From Flaccisagitta enflata (taxonomy: Eukaryota): a DNA stretch of 64,000 bases. Both the position numbers and the translations under genes were made by a program. Of the stretch, positions 15,694-28,906 are shown in pieces (the stretch's first letter is position 1; the number at the start of each line of letters is the position of its first letter). The DNA lies in NCBI GenBank assembly GCA_965153355.1, contig OZ231126.1, positions 40,486,001 to 40,550,000 on the forward strand, written 5' to 3'. Below the pieces are notes generated by a model. It worked only from the letters and a program-made list of their open reading frames with translations, had not been told where the DNA came from and ran no database searches.

Positions 15694-15935
15694 GAGGGGG
15701 AGCGGCCCTTCCTACGTGTCTCCCTGGCACTATGCATCCTATAACTCCAATAAATAGAATGGTCTCTGGTGTTGGTAGAGATATACATGTATTTGGAGAA
15801 GAACACAGTGAAGATGCTCAGGAGAATGAATGGATGAATCCAGGTCAAGATGAGGATATACTCTTCCTTATAAAGCCGCGATCTTAATGGGCAGAGAAGA
15901 GGATGAATATCTACGTGAGCTAATGGGGAGAGGGG
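15694..15935 (+). repeat. 242-bp dispersed direct repeat, copy 1
   Basis: Aligns without gaps to 45433-45674; three substitutions seen by eye. Confidence 0.92.
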
Positions 15936-18182
15936 TTGGGGTGGCTCAGATGATATACTGGCAGGGCTAAGGGCGCCCCGTCGTCAAAGAATCTTTTTTG
16001 CAAAAGTAATGAGTAAAAAAGTTCCATCAATAAATCTAATTGGCCTCAGTATATCATCTGATGAACTTACTGATAAAGCAAAAAGCTACGAAAATGGTAA
16101 AAAGCTATAACAAAGGTACAATTCCCATAAAAAAAGCTCAACATTCTATGATCCAATGTAGTCTATAAAAGAAAGGTCAACAGCTTAGTTCACTAAGTAG
16201 AATTGCAAACATTTCAGGATTCTAAACAAGAAATGAGGATTCTAAAGAAAATTTCCGGATTCAAATCAACTTTCCCGGATTCTAATCAATATTTCAGGAT
16301 TCTAATTAACATTTCAGGATTCTAATTAACATTTCAGCAAACCCAGTGATCCAGATTTGATGATATGGTTAAATCGTACCTCTACGGAAAGGAATTACAA
16401 ACTTATGAAAAGTGGAGTAATATCCTTCACTATACCCAAACTGAAATAAGTATATCACCCAAAGAATTATTGTAATTATCATGTATTGCTCAGAATACAG
16501 GAAGCTCACTCAACCATTCTTATTCCAGGAAAAGATCAGTCTAGCTTCTGCGACCATTTCCTGTATGGTCTTCAAAAGACACGGGGTCACGCCACGCCGG
16601 GCCTGATCTGTGACACTTTCATTAATTTTGCTGCTTTGAATGATATTTTTCATTCCATCATTCCATCTCCAGTTCCAACTCTCTCCATTTTTTCCATTTC
16701 TTTTTGTTTTGCTTTTATCTTTCGTTTCAAACTTGTGTCTTTGTATTGCATAGGTTTTTTGTAAACCTAGATTACACGACTAACCATCACTGAGCATTTT
16801 TTGAATTTTTCATGGCAACCTCATTGATACAATCATTTTGAGGTCGTTCCAAGGGCGTCAAAGATGTTTGTAAGCTTAGAAACATAAAATGATTTTTTGC
16901 CTCAGCAAGCAATAAAAGACTGTCATAATACACTTCATCTAAACGTAAAGTCAAAGATATCTAAAAAAAATTTGTAACATAAAATGATAATCACACGCCA
17001 AAAAAAAATGACATTATGTCACATAATGATAAATAGTCAGAGCTAATAGCCATACCAAATGTTCTTAATTGATTCTACAACATGATAACAATACTTATAT
17101 CTGGACTTTAAGACTAATGGTTTAGCTACAATCCACTGAATAAAAAAAAAACAAAGAATTCTCTATTATGAAAAAAAAGAGATAGACTATTGCAATATAA
17201 TGCTTACATCGCCCATTGAAAAAAAAAAACGGAAAAACAAAAAAAGACCGCGGCTTGCATATGTAGAAAGTTTTGACTCTATAAAAGTTAACAAAAAAAA
17301 ACGTAATCGTAACAACCAACATGTTAACTTATTCACAGATGGATATCATCATCTGATAGAAGACCGTTAACTTGAAATCCTTTCAATAAAAACAACCTTG
17401 TCATTTATGATTTGTGTTGGTAAACATAAGAGGTAAACAACTCTTTCCCCTTGACGCTTATTTTCTTCTGATTACTTCATACTTTTACCAATCTTTTTGA
17501 TTTTACACTATCAGACCATAAGTAGAGTTCTACATTACAAGTGTGAGTCACAATCACGTCATAACCCAAATTTTTTTGATCAAACCATTTGTTTTGTAAA
17601 AAAAAGGTTTTTGTTTATAATATGCCGGTGTTGTCGCCATGGACACAGTCAATGTTGATTCCAATGAAACTGAAGATTTTACAGCAAGTGTTGAGAAAGA
17701 CGATGCTGCCGACGCTGTCACTTACTGTCCCAAGTGATGACATATGAATGTCAGGACAGCAAACTCAAATATCAAAATTGGAATGCCATTACCAGTAAGA
17801 AGTTCCGTGGGCCGGCATAATCCTCTAGTTGATGTCAAACCTCAAACTTAAATGTCACAACTGAGTTTCCCGTTTTTGCCGGTAGTAGTCGCTAAATGCT
17901 TCAGCAACAACTACCAGAATACAAGTTTTCTCTGTTTTGAAGTATTCTACTCTTTGGTCGTTGTATTCGCTGTCGTTGTAAGTCTCATCGCCATCATTAT
18001 CACCGCAATCACCAATGTCACTGAACTAATTCTTGTTGTTTTGATGCTGATGATGTTGTTGTTGTACGATAAATCATAATGCCATCACCAAGAGTTCCGT
18101 TTTTGCTGGCAATACGATACAATGGTGTTCGTAAAATGACGGCCAAAACCCACTGCAACTCTCAGAATGCAAGTTATCAATT

Positions 18183-18234
18183 TTGTTGTTGTTGTTGCTG
18201 CTTTTGTTGTGGTGGTTGTGGTTGTGGTTGTGGC

Positions 18235-18313
<79 letters not shown>

Positions 18314-18506
18314 ATGAATGTCGCTGGTTATCATAACATCATTGTAAACTTGTCGTGTTTTTCTCATGAATAGCACACGTGAGCCACGAGAGTTTGTGTG
18401 AAAATGTAGTGCATAAGATTGGTCACACAAAGGAATGGTCCTCTGGTCCTGGAGATGAGCTTATAGATTTGCGTTGCCACTGTTGTTACCAAAATCGCGG
18501 TTGTTT

Positions 18507-18601
<95 letters not shown>

Positions 18602-18799
18602 ATCGATGATGCTGTCAAACATCAGATCGGTTTGAAACAACTGCTGATGATACGGCCAACTGCTTGCCGCAAAGTAATCTATTGTTTATTGTTGTTGTTG
18701 ATGTTGTCAAACATCAAATCGGTGTGAAAGAAACGTCGGAATTTCCGTAAATGATCTTTTTCCCTGATCATGTAGCGTTTTTGCGAAATCTTTTCTTAA

Positions 18800-18830
<31 letters not shown>

Positions 18831-18935
18831 ATTGTTATTGTTATTGTTATTGTTATTGTTATTGTTATTGTTATTGTTGTTGTTGTTGTTGTTGTTTTTG
18901 TTGTTTTTGTTTTTGATGGTGCTGTTATTTTTGTG
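18183..18935. repeat. Cluster of (GTT)n / (GTTATT)n microsatellites
   Basis: Tracts at about 18183-18312, 18507-18600 and 18800-18900. Confidence 0.93.
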
Positions 18936-18944
18936 ATGTCATCT

Positions 18945-19385
18945 TATGTCACACACGAGTTAATGTCATGAGGAGAGAGTTTCGCGCTGAGGAGAATGTC
19001 ATGCCGTATAGATTGTCACATGGACGAGAATATCACGCTGATTAGAGTGTCACGCGCAAAGAGAATGTTGAGCTCAAGGGACTGTCACAATGAAGAGAGT
19101 GTCATTCCGAATAGAATGTCACGCAGCAACAAATGTCACGGGGAAGAAAATGTCATGCTGCAGATTATAACATGCCGTGGGAAATGTCATGCCGCATAGA
19201 ATAACATGCAAAGAATGTCACGCCGGCAAAAATGTCAAGCTGCAGAGAATAACACGCGGAGGAGATTTTGATATCGCAGAGAAAGTCACGTGAAAGAGAA
19301 TGTCACGCTGACTAGAATGACACGCCAAAGAGAATGTTGAGCCATAGTGACTGTCATGTAGCATAGAGAATGTCATGACGAAGAT
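18945..19385. repeat. Degenerate ~21-bp tandem repeat (AGAGAATGTCACGC core)
   Basis: AATGTCA recurs at regular spacing. Confidence 0.7.
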
Positions 19386-21847
19386 ATGTTGAGTTATGGT
19401 GGCGCTGTTTGAGTCATTGTCATTAAGGAAAGACACCAATGACCATCTATTGGAGCGTTGATTACCCCATCGGGTACCGCTGATCATTTTCGATACTTGG
19501 ATGACTAGTTTTAACATCTTTTCTAGTCGGAACAAGTGACCCCTCATTGCTCAGAGATAACACTACTGTTTTAACCACTTTTGTTTTTGCTTATTCATGG
19601 AAAATGTCTTTATCTTAGATCGATAAGCCCAGCAAAGTGACTTCCTCAAAAGTGAGTGCGGCTACCTATTCATTAGTTGTTGGGTTTGCTCACGAAATTT
19701 GTGCTTCAGCTTGCACAGGCCATTGTGCATTATGTTCCGAAAAAAATTTCTGTGAGGATGGGGCCTAAACAACATGTTCTTCTGACCAACGACTCTCACT
19801 GCCCCATAGAAAGGCTCTCTTTGACTGATTGAGTGTTTTTTGTTCATTTCTGATGTATGTCATGTTCATGTTACAAAGAAGGCCAGTGTGATGCGAGCCT
19901 TCCATCTGTCTTTAATTTCTATACTGCGTCCCCACGAAGGAAACATTTAGGGTAACAATCTCATTCTCTCTTTTTTCTGAAGAGAATAGGTGATCCAAAG
20001 GCATGTTCTAGCGTAGAACAAAACGCAGATGTACTCAGGTTTATCCAGTGAAATTTGACTGATAAAAGTGTTAATGGATGAATATACATTAGTGATGTGA
20101 AAGTGAGGTGAAGCACTACATTTATCCATCAAAGATTTGACGTCTTAATTCATGTTTCAAATTACCAACACATAGATCATGCTTCTTGACCCTTTAATCT
20201 GCTCGCATAGCTATCAGCCTGCTTTTCTTTAATGATGCTTCCATCCTTCATTGTCTGCTTGCTTAGAAAATAATAAAAACATATTCAAAGTACTATAAGT
20301 ACTCAATAAGGGCTGCGCCCCGTCGTCATGATGATATTTCCACATGACATGACTGGTCTGAATAATCCTTTGACCTTCTCATTTTGCATCATCTCCGTCA
20401 TGCATGATGGGAAATTGTTCATTTTTTTAGCAAAGTCTTATTCTCTTTCAGCAGTTTGTACATGTTTTATTCTTACTGGATAACTTTTACAAAAAATTGG
20501 GCGCTGCATGTATTAACTGATCAGTGATGTTACACAAGGCTCTCTCTCTCAGTTGATAAGGGGCAACGGACACCTATACTGCTTGCTTACAGCCCGTTTA
20601 TCTTTAAACAAAAATTCAATATGCAGTTTGTACTGATCCAAAGAACGAACTAAGGTTTGATCTCAAAGTGCCATGCGGCTTAATCTTTTAGTATTTAGAT
20701 ACTAGCGCTAATTTGAAATGGCCATAAATTGAAATAGTTGGCAGCACAACGAATCTCCTTTGAAGAAAAGGAGAAAGAGTCAAAATCCCCTTCGCGGTAC
20801 AGGCAAATACAATGTCTTGCTTGCAAGATTTTTGCCTCATCATATCTCCTAATACTAGGAGTAATTATGCTCATTTGACTTTATTCGAAGTTTTCATGTC
20901 AATTGACTGCTCTAAAGTCGAAATATCCTCTTTGTCTAAACTCGAATAGGTCCTTTTCTTAAGATTTCCATCAAACAAATGCACCTATAATTTCTTGACT
21001 AGGTTCTACTAAATTGAAACTGAATTTCATTTTGATCAACGAGCAAATTGCTTTTGCCTTAAGCACCACCATTGACAGATGCATGTCATCTGATTTCTGT
21101 TTTTATCACCTCGCCCCGTCGTCACGATGAAGCCTCATTATTCATGTGACCAGTTTCCTCCATAATGTGATATATTCGCCAGAGCTTCTGGATTTCCTAT
21201 AACCGTTCTTATCTATTCCCTTCTCTAGTAACACTATTACTTCTCATTCACATATCAAAATTCTCCATGAAACAAGAATGATTCTCAAAACGATAACTTC
21301 AGGTTAACTTGATTTCTCTTTGGCTTCATTTTTATTTCTTGTGAAAAGAAATAGCCATCATAATATAATCAGCTCAGACAATATCTAAGCATATTCAATT
21401 GATTGTCAATCACTGTCAACGACACATGGAATGTCAGAGTACCGTTAAGAGAACAAATGTTAATCCGATGATTGTTTCAGGATATGGCCTGACTCATGTT
21501 GTTTCTAAGGTCATCCAAAGTTTGCATCCTTCAATAGGCTTCTGATTCAGCTTGCGCTTCAATGATACTATTTTCTACTCAGCCTTACAAGCAAGATTTG
21601 GCTTAATCTCATCCGTTGCTCTCATAGTTTTCGTTGCACACTGAATTTGGATTCCTAGTTTTCTCTAGTTCTAGGAAGTCAGGGTTCTTTGACCATGGTT
21701 GTATAAAAAGCTGAAAACTTTGCTGTTATAAACAATTTTTTTAGAAAGTTTTCATGACTGAAATACCATTCAATTGCCATATCTGACTTGTGGCATTTTC
21801 ATGACTTGTGCCACAAGAACTATTTCACACAATTTATTTATTGTTGT

Positions 21848-22372
21848 TACACTCGGATGTGTCAATATGCAAAAGGTTTTTTGATGAGATCATCAACATC
21901 AGACAGCATGTGGAATTTAATTCAAAGACTTTTAGCGTTTTTATTTTATCAAATTTCATTTATCTTCCATTTTTTTCAAAACCCTTTTTAAACGTTAATT
22001 TGTATATTGCTGTGTTGATGATTTTCTATCAGTATGATTGTTATTGAACTTAATCAGATTGAACACATGAATATCTTGGTTCTAATTCAAGTTGCAACAA
22101 AGTAACGATTGTTTATTCATCACCAAAGTTGTATAATGAGACAATAACCAATGTTTTCTGTAGTAGTTCTGAGTCTTATTTTCACCAAAACTCAGTGCAG
22201 ATCCTGGAAGTATATATATTTTTGACAATCTCTTCGTGCGCTAAAAAAACGGAAGATGAAGGAAATTTAGATAAACAAAAACGCTAAAAGTCTTGGAATT
22301 GTTTTGTTCACACTCCTTGATGTCGATGATTTAATCAAACATACTTTTGCATATTGACACACCCGATTGTTA
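21848..22372. mobile_element. Old MITE with ~130-bp imperfect terminal inverted repeats
   Basis: TACACTCGGATGTGTCAATATGCAAAAG...AAGACTTTTAGCGTTTTT (about 21848-21977) is the reverse complement of AAAAACGCTAAAAGTCTT...CTTTTGCATATTGACACACCCGATTGTTA (about 22243-22372). Confidence 0.7.
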
Positions 22373-22830
22373 CACACAATCTCCATCTTTTTGCTTTTCC
22401 CTGCAAAGCAGCCCAATAAGAATTATCCCCTGCATGATGTCATCTTCATTTGATATTCATTGGACGTGAAACATCCACGGTTCAATTTTCAGCCTCAAAG
22501 TATCTCAATTTGTTCAGTATTTTTCAGAGTATCTAATTTCTGTCCGGACTGGACAAATGATAAAGAATATATGAGCTTAGGCAACTCATTTGAAATGTTG
22601 GAGGGATAGCAAAGATACCTCCCGCAGCATTGCTCCAATCTTTTCTTTCTTTAAACGTCAATCCTTTTACTGTAACTTATGTGGCTTGATTGTTTCATTT
22701 TCGTTGAATCCCAAGTTTTGCAAAGACTTTCACTTATGTCACCATTTCTCTTGTCACCATTGAACTAAAATGATCTTTATTATTGCACGGGTAGCTTTGG
22801 TCCCTCAAGACGTGATTTCATTTAAAGTGA

Positions 22831-22896
<66 letters not shown>

Positions 22897-25224
22897 CGAC
22901 GAACAAATAGTTCTGCTGGAGAATTATCACACCAGAAAATTGTCATGTTGGATAATTGCCACGTCGAGGAATTGACACATGAGAGAATTGTCACACCAGA
23001 CAATCGTCACACTAGACAATTGCCGCACAATTTGTGGGATACAGGGCAAATGCAATAAGTTGCCCCTGAGCATTGAACATCGAAATAGGTTCTCCATAAA
23101 TGTTTGATCATTTCTGTCATAACTCAAAATGCGTGAAAGGTATTACGCACGCCACGTTTCCATGAACTTGTAAAGAAGGACAGGGTGGTGTGTTGAGGTT
23201 TTTTCTTCTGAAGCATTGCAAACATTTTTTTTTTGGGATTTAACGGTCCCTGCACTCTCTGCTGCTTAGTGTCTGTCTTCACAATAATACAAAAATCTTG
23301 CTTTTTGACCTTTCAATTTAGTTGCCAAGCAACCAGCTTGCATGCCGCAATCTCTGATTCTACCATAATTGAGTTTGTCTATCCTTTGTGAAATGGAATA
23401 TGGAATAGGTAAAACCTATTAGTATGGAAAATTGTGTTGTTGAAATGGCTTTTTGTGGACCTAACAATTGACCTATAGTTATGGAGTTGGATTATGGAAT
23501 ATGGGAAGCATGTAAACTCAGTAAGTCTTTCTTTATTGAGAAACGGTTGTTATCCCTGACCTCTAAAAACTGATCAGTTCTTTTCTTGCTCAAAATGACA
23601 TATTTGTCCCAATGCAATGGTGGGAAAAACTGGTCACCCCTAATTCAAAATTATTATCCCAAGAGATCGTTTTCACTTACACGATCAAAATGAATAACGC
23701 TGCACGAAACCTCAAATAAGGGCTGCGCCCCATCGTCCCGATGATATATCCACACAACATAACCAGATTGAAAAACTCTCTCATCCTCTCAGGTTGCATA
23801 TTCTTTGTCATGCATGACTGGAAATTTGTTTTCAATGAAAATAAGTGGCGCACAATGTTGATGGAGTGGGCTTTTGTCCATTATTCAGAGTGGTCAAATT
23901 TTCCTCATATCGGTTTGCTGATGGTATGGTATTTTTATATAGTTAACTCTTAAAGTTTCACAATGTCAGTCATCTCACTTGCAGTTGTAGTTACACAAAG
24001 CAGGGAAAAGGGTATAACTGACCACGCATTTCCGTCGGCTGTTTATGGTAAGCATTTGGGTTTTGCGAATAGACTCAGGATGAATTTGTCTCAATGTGCC
24101 TTGCCTTTATCTTCAGTTTTTGCTTAGAATTCAAATTCCATACTCCAAGCATAAATTTCAGATTGCAATTTATTTGCAATAGTCAACAACACAATGAATC
24201 TCCTTTGAACAAAAGGAGAAAGAGTAATGATTAACTCCATGGGCATAAACATATGCATGTTTTGTTGTAAGACCTTCGCCTTACCAAATTCCAAAATCCT
24301 AGCAGTGTGTCTGCTTTTCATTTTGAGGATACCTGACTCTATCCATTGCCGTATTGGGCGATTGTTTTTAAGTCAAAATACCTTCTGGGTACATAATGAA
24401 AATTGGTTGCTGATTCATCAAGGTCTTCAACTGACAAATGGATGTCACTTCATTCACTCTTAACTAATTCGCCCCGTCGTCACGATGAAATCGCATTATT
24501 CATGATTCATTTCTCAGATCATTTAATGAATTGCTAGACCTGAGAGCTTCATCATTTATTCTCTCCATGAATGGCAAGTCTCGTTGATCTTTTCTTGGCT
24601 TCACTTTTACAATCATTATTCATTGATTGTCAATTATGACACATAAAATGTCAGACTATCATAAAGACAGCAAGCAAGCAAGCAATGTTATGTGTGTTTC
24701 TGAATGTGGTATGATCCATGCAGACCTCTGCTTTCTTCCTTTTGATTTGGTTCATGGTTTCGTGGTATACATAGAGAGCATATATCCAACTTCAGAAATT
24801 GTACTCAGTCTCATGAGCATGATTCAAATGATCTGCCTTCATTCCATTTGTTACTCTCATAATCTTTCATGACAAGCTTGATGTTGTTTCTTTAGCCCTT
24901 AGGCAAACTTAGGCAAACTTAGGCAAACTTAGGCAAACACTGTGTTTCAGCAATTCCTGAAAACATATTGGCTCTGGTATCTTGGGTGCTTAAAGACGTG
25001 ATTTCATATCAAAAGAACATTTTCTTTCTCCTTGTGGCCATCCTTTACTTTGGTTGGACTGGCTGGTTGGCTGGTCGGATACTTGAATGGTCAGTTTGGC
25101 TTATGTACAAGGTGTGTGGCAATGAAATGGGTTGCTTTCTTAACTGCAGCTGCCAAGAAGAATTTAATGCTCATTTGAGAGAGGTACTCCCAGCACCACC
25201 CGTTAACACACCCTAATTCCTGTT

Positions 25225-25470
25225 TTATGCCATTTTGGCCTCCACTTTAGGTGCCATCTCGGTCTATGCCGTATTGGCTCTCCTATATCACACTATGTGC
25301 CATCTTGGTCTATGCCGTATTGGCTCTCCTAGTCCATTCTAGGTGCCTTCTCAGTCTATGCCGTATTGGCCCTCCTAGTTTCTTCTAGGTGCCATCTTGG
25401 TCTATGCCATATTGGCAGTCCTATTCTACTCTAGGCGCCATCTCGGTCTATGCTGTATTGGCTCTCCTAT
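25225..25470. repeat. ~46-bp tandem repeat (GTGCCATCTYGGTCTATGCCGTATTGGCTCTCCTA...)
   Basis: About five units in phase. Confidence 0.85.
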
Positions 25471-25916
25471 TCTGGTTTTCCAATGATAATGATACATTTA
25501 TCTTCACATTAGTTTCCATTTGCATCATTTACTGAGCCAATTCTGTTATAGATTTTCCTTGGTTCACTATGCTGTAACACTTTGTCATTGCCATCTTGGT
25601 CTTTGCCATTTCGGCCTCATATCATAAAGCGAGGCATGTTATCTTTTGTATAACAGTTAACTGCGATAACATTATGTTTCCATGACTAAATAACGAGAGT
25701 TTATATGGTGATTATGTGTCTCAATCTTTACATTGGCGAGTGACCATTGTGAATCATGTCTCTTCTCTTTTATCCTCAAGAAAAGAAAACTTGCATTTCA
25801 TTCTTAAACTGATATTCTAAACGACATACGTGTAGAAACAATCAAGCCAGACGGTTTTCTCCATCATTACTACATGACGTCTTTCATTAGTCTCATCAAT
25901 AATATGCTTCTTCCTC

Positions 25917-26948
25917 CTACAATGATGTTACAATGCTGTCCCCTGAATTTGGGCCTGAGTTGGGGTACTTATTGCTCTTGACCCCATTTGTATGATTCTT
26001 ATCACTGTGACCTTCTTTGCCACAATAACTACAAAAGGCAGTGTAACAACAGTTTTCTTTTTGATGATCCCACCTCCTGCATTTTACGCACATCAACTTA
26101 TTTCTGTTCCGCTTGAATGTCTTAAACCCCCGCGGAGCTCGTGTAACCAATTCATGACCATGATTTTGATTCAGGAGACCTGGTTGCGAGCTCTCAGTGT
26201 TTGAACTATAATGTGCAACCTCACTGACCAGTGGCGGGGTTGCTTGTCTTTCAAAGTCTTTTCTTTTATGTTCCAAAGCCCTTTCAATGATATCTGGTAG
26301 AAGATCGAGATCGTAACATGCTGCAAGAGACTCAATGATGTCTCTTGGAACATTTCCAGCCTCACAAACCCGATTTTTGATCAAATTTGCTCTGTGATTT
26401 TGGTCAAATCTTGGTGCTCCAAGTTTTCCTTTATCATAGATTTCTGCTAGTCTCTTGGTAAGACTGAAGAAGTCTTCACCTTCACTCATTGTTAGGTCGT
26501 TGAATCTTTCAAAGTAGCCTTTGCTCATGAAAACTCTATCACAATTTTCTAGGGCATTCATTACTATTGCCAAAGTCATTTTGTTGCACCCATTAAATTC
26601 CCTACTGTATCTTTGAGCGACATTTTTCATTGAGGATATGCAATGATGTAAATGCTCAGCGACAAAAGGATCTGGAATTCCTTTATCCAACTGCCTTTTT
26701 GCTTCAGCCTCAACCATTTCAACAAAATTCCCATGATCATGACAATGCGCTCTCTCTGGCCATTCCACTGTTTTCATTGCTTTTTGAAAATCAATAATTT
26801 GGTCCAATGAAAATTCCGTTACGTTGACATGGGTCTTCTCTATTGGCTCGTCATCATTTGATTCAAAGAGGTTACTTTGCTTTTCCAAATTTACAGCTAT
26901 AGACGGAATCATGCACTTATTTTCCTCTGCCATACTTTTATCGATCAC
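25917..26948 (-). CDS. gag: Gag-like protein, 343 aa, with no adjacent pol
   Basis: Intact ORF with a capsid-CTD-like segment (FNDLTMSEGEDFFSLTKRLAEIY) and tandem knuckles CVKCRRWDHQKENC and CSYCGKEGHSDKNH. Confidence 0.75.
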   Translation of the reverse strand: MIDKSMAEENKCMIPSIAVNLEKQSNLFESNDDEPIEKTHVNVTEFSLDQIIDFQKAMKTVEWPERAHCHDHGNFVEMVEAEAKRQLDKGIPDPFVAEHLHHCISSMKNVAQRYSREFNGCNKMTLAIVMNALENCDRVFMSKGYFERFNDLTMSEGEDFFSLTKRLAEIYDKGKLGAPRFDQNHRANLIKNRVCEAGNVPRDIIESLAACYDLDLLPDIIERALEHKRKDFERQATPPLVSEVAHYSSNTESSQPGLLNQNHGHELVTRAPRGFKTFKRNRNKLMCVKCRRWDHQKENCCYTAFCSYCGKEGHSDKNHTNGVKSNKYPNSGPNSGDSIVTSL

Positions 26949-27339
26949 TTTCTAATCTTCAAGTCAATGGGATTCTCTTTTGTTTACCTTATTTCGAGTT
27001 AACAATGGGTTAGCCTGATGCGTTTCTTCCAGGTGGCTCTTATTGCTAAAGCAAAGATGTAAAAAATCAAGTCAGATCTGATAGGCACGATGCCTCCTGG
27101 CCCTATCTTGACCTTTCTCGAAATCTACAGTAAAGGTGACAAACCTCAGATTGTCTGTCATGGCCTTGATTGCTTGGCCTTGATTGCTTTGCCTGGATTG
27201 CTTTATTCCTTGCTTGCGTTATTGCTTGCTAGCCTTATTGCTTATAAGTCATGTTCCAACTTCAATGGATATGTGGCACTTGTCTGTTTCAAACTTCAAT
27301 TGTCGTCACTTGCTGTATTTACTTGATATCCACGGACTA

Positions 27340-27476
27340 AATTTTTGGCTGTCCGGTCCAACAGCCAGTCTGTCAGTTGGTCAGTCTATTGGTCAGTAGC
27401 TCATAAAGTCGCCTTTTGGGATTTCCGTTCCTGTCCACCCATTCGCGACTACGCTTGCTATGTATCCGGCCTTGTC
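27340..27476 (+). mobile_element. Degenerate HINE-like element
   Basis: T-run start, GTCA/GGTC-rich core and 3' end CACCCATTCGCGACT...TGTATCCGGCCTTGT matching the 253-470 element. Confidence 0.6.
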
Positions 27477-28403
27477 TACTCCTACAGTTCCTTGTTACAT
27501 TACATTTACAAGAGACTTGTGCTTACACAAATACTTGAATTACGTTTACATACGTAATTAACCTATGCAGAGTATTTGGTTTTTATTCAGTGCTTGGAAA
27601 TTTAGTCTAGCGCAGAGAGACCCAGTCAACCTCAGACAGAAAAACTTAATTTCCAATAACTGCCTTTTTTTATCTTAGTAGAGGTTATGATTAGTAGTGT
27701 TAGTACACATCTTTCAGGCGCGGACACCCAGAGAGACATTACATCGACCTCAGACGGTACTGCAGGCCATCAAGATGTGCTGGATTCTAACTGAAGGTAG
27801 AAGAAGGTCTTGGCTTTCAACCACGTCTAGTGTGCAATGGCTTTTGTACTTCAGCTCAGTTCGATACTGCGCCTACTTGGTCATACAAAGCGCCTCTAGA
27901 CGAGACCCGACAGAGTCTGCTGACCCGAGTGGTTACACAGACCTAAGGTCTGCTTTCTTTCTTAAATCCTCGTCTTTCTTCTTGCCATCTAAAGGCAACA
28001 GCATGTCAAACAAACATAAAACCCTCCTCACTCCTTCTAGTTCTCATTTGAGATATCCAATTTCAAATGAGAAGTAGTGCTACGCTGCGCTAGAAAATGG
28101 CAATCTTTTTTTTTTTTGCCTGGGGTTGTGGTTGCAATATAGTGACCATCCGCCCCCTACATCCCTATTACTAGGATGTAAGATCCGAGTTCCCTAGGAG
28201 TGCAAGTGTGCCTTTCATGAATGTTTGACATACCTCCAAATCCCTATCGCTAGTGTGGTTGATGGGCACAAAAAAAAAAGGATAATTGAAAAAGTAGACT
28301 CCCTTAACCCACTTGCAAGAAAATTTTGTTAAAAATGTGCGCCCACCGACCCAATCATCAGTCACTCATCTCGAATGCACACACATTCAAACCCATCCAG
28401 ATC

Positions 28404-28447
<44 letters not shown>

Positions 28448-28448
<1 letters not shown>

Positions 28449-28906
28449 GTTAAGTTACTATTCAATGTACTGTTAATAATCTGAATTACTTGTTAGACTA
28501 GAAGTTTTCAACTCTTTCCTGAATACTTAGGTAGCATGGAATAGGCCAGGGTTATTACGTTGCAAGCAATGTTCTATTAATAGGTGACAAGCAAGAACCA
28601 ATAGTTAGGTAACAATTTAAACTTACATGTTTATGGAGCATGTGTTGACCCAAGGTAACTTTAGTGGAGGATCCACATACAATGTGATCCTCCCTTTTAT
28701 AGTCAGATATTTTCTACGTAATAAGCTCCACGTATTTAAGAATAACTATTCCAACATGATTCCACGTAGATTAAAGCCACATAAAGTTAGATGTATGTTT
28801 GAGTTAAACATGATACTTTGAACTAGATTAAAGGCGCCTTTGGAAACAAACATAGATGAGAACAGGAATATGTTTCTATCACGTTGCGCACTTTATATTT
28901 GCAACG
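28448..28906 (-). repeat. 3' LTR
   Basis: Matches 44432-44890 except two substitutions seen by eye (GTTCTATT/GTTATATT and AGATGTAT/AGATATAT). Confidence 0.95.

Noticed and set aside
16055-16100. Possible hammerhead ribozyme (CTGATGA...GAAA); also near 18644
   Set aside because: No convincing stem II or flanking stems; the 18644 site has CAAA instead of GAAA.
20300-20420. Shared in-frame TGA in both duplicated blocks read as selenocysteine
   Set aside because: Neighbouring frames contain other stops and no SECIS-like structure was found; CpG decay before duplication is simpler.
24899-24940. (TTAGGCAAAC)x4 as telomeric repeat
   Set aside because: A 10-bp local tandem, not a contiguous telomere array.
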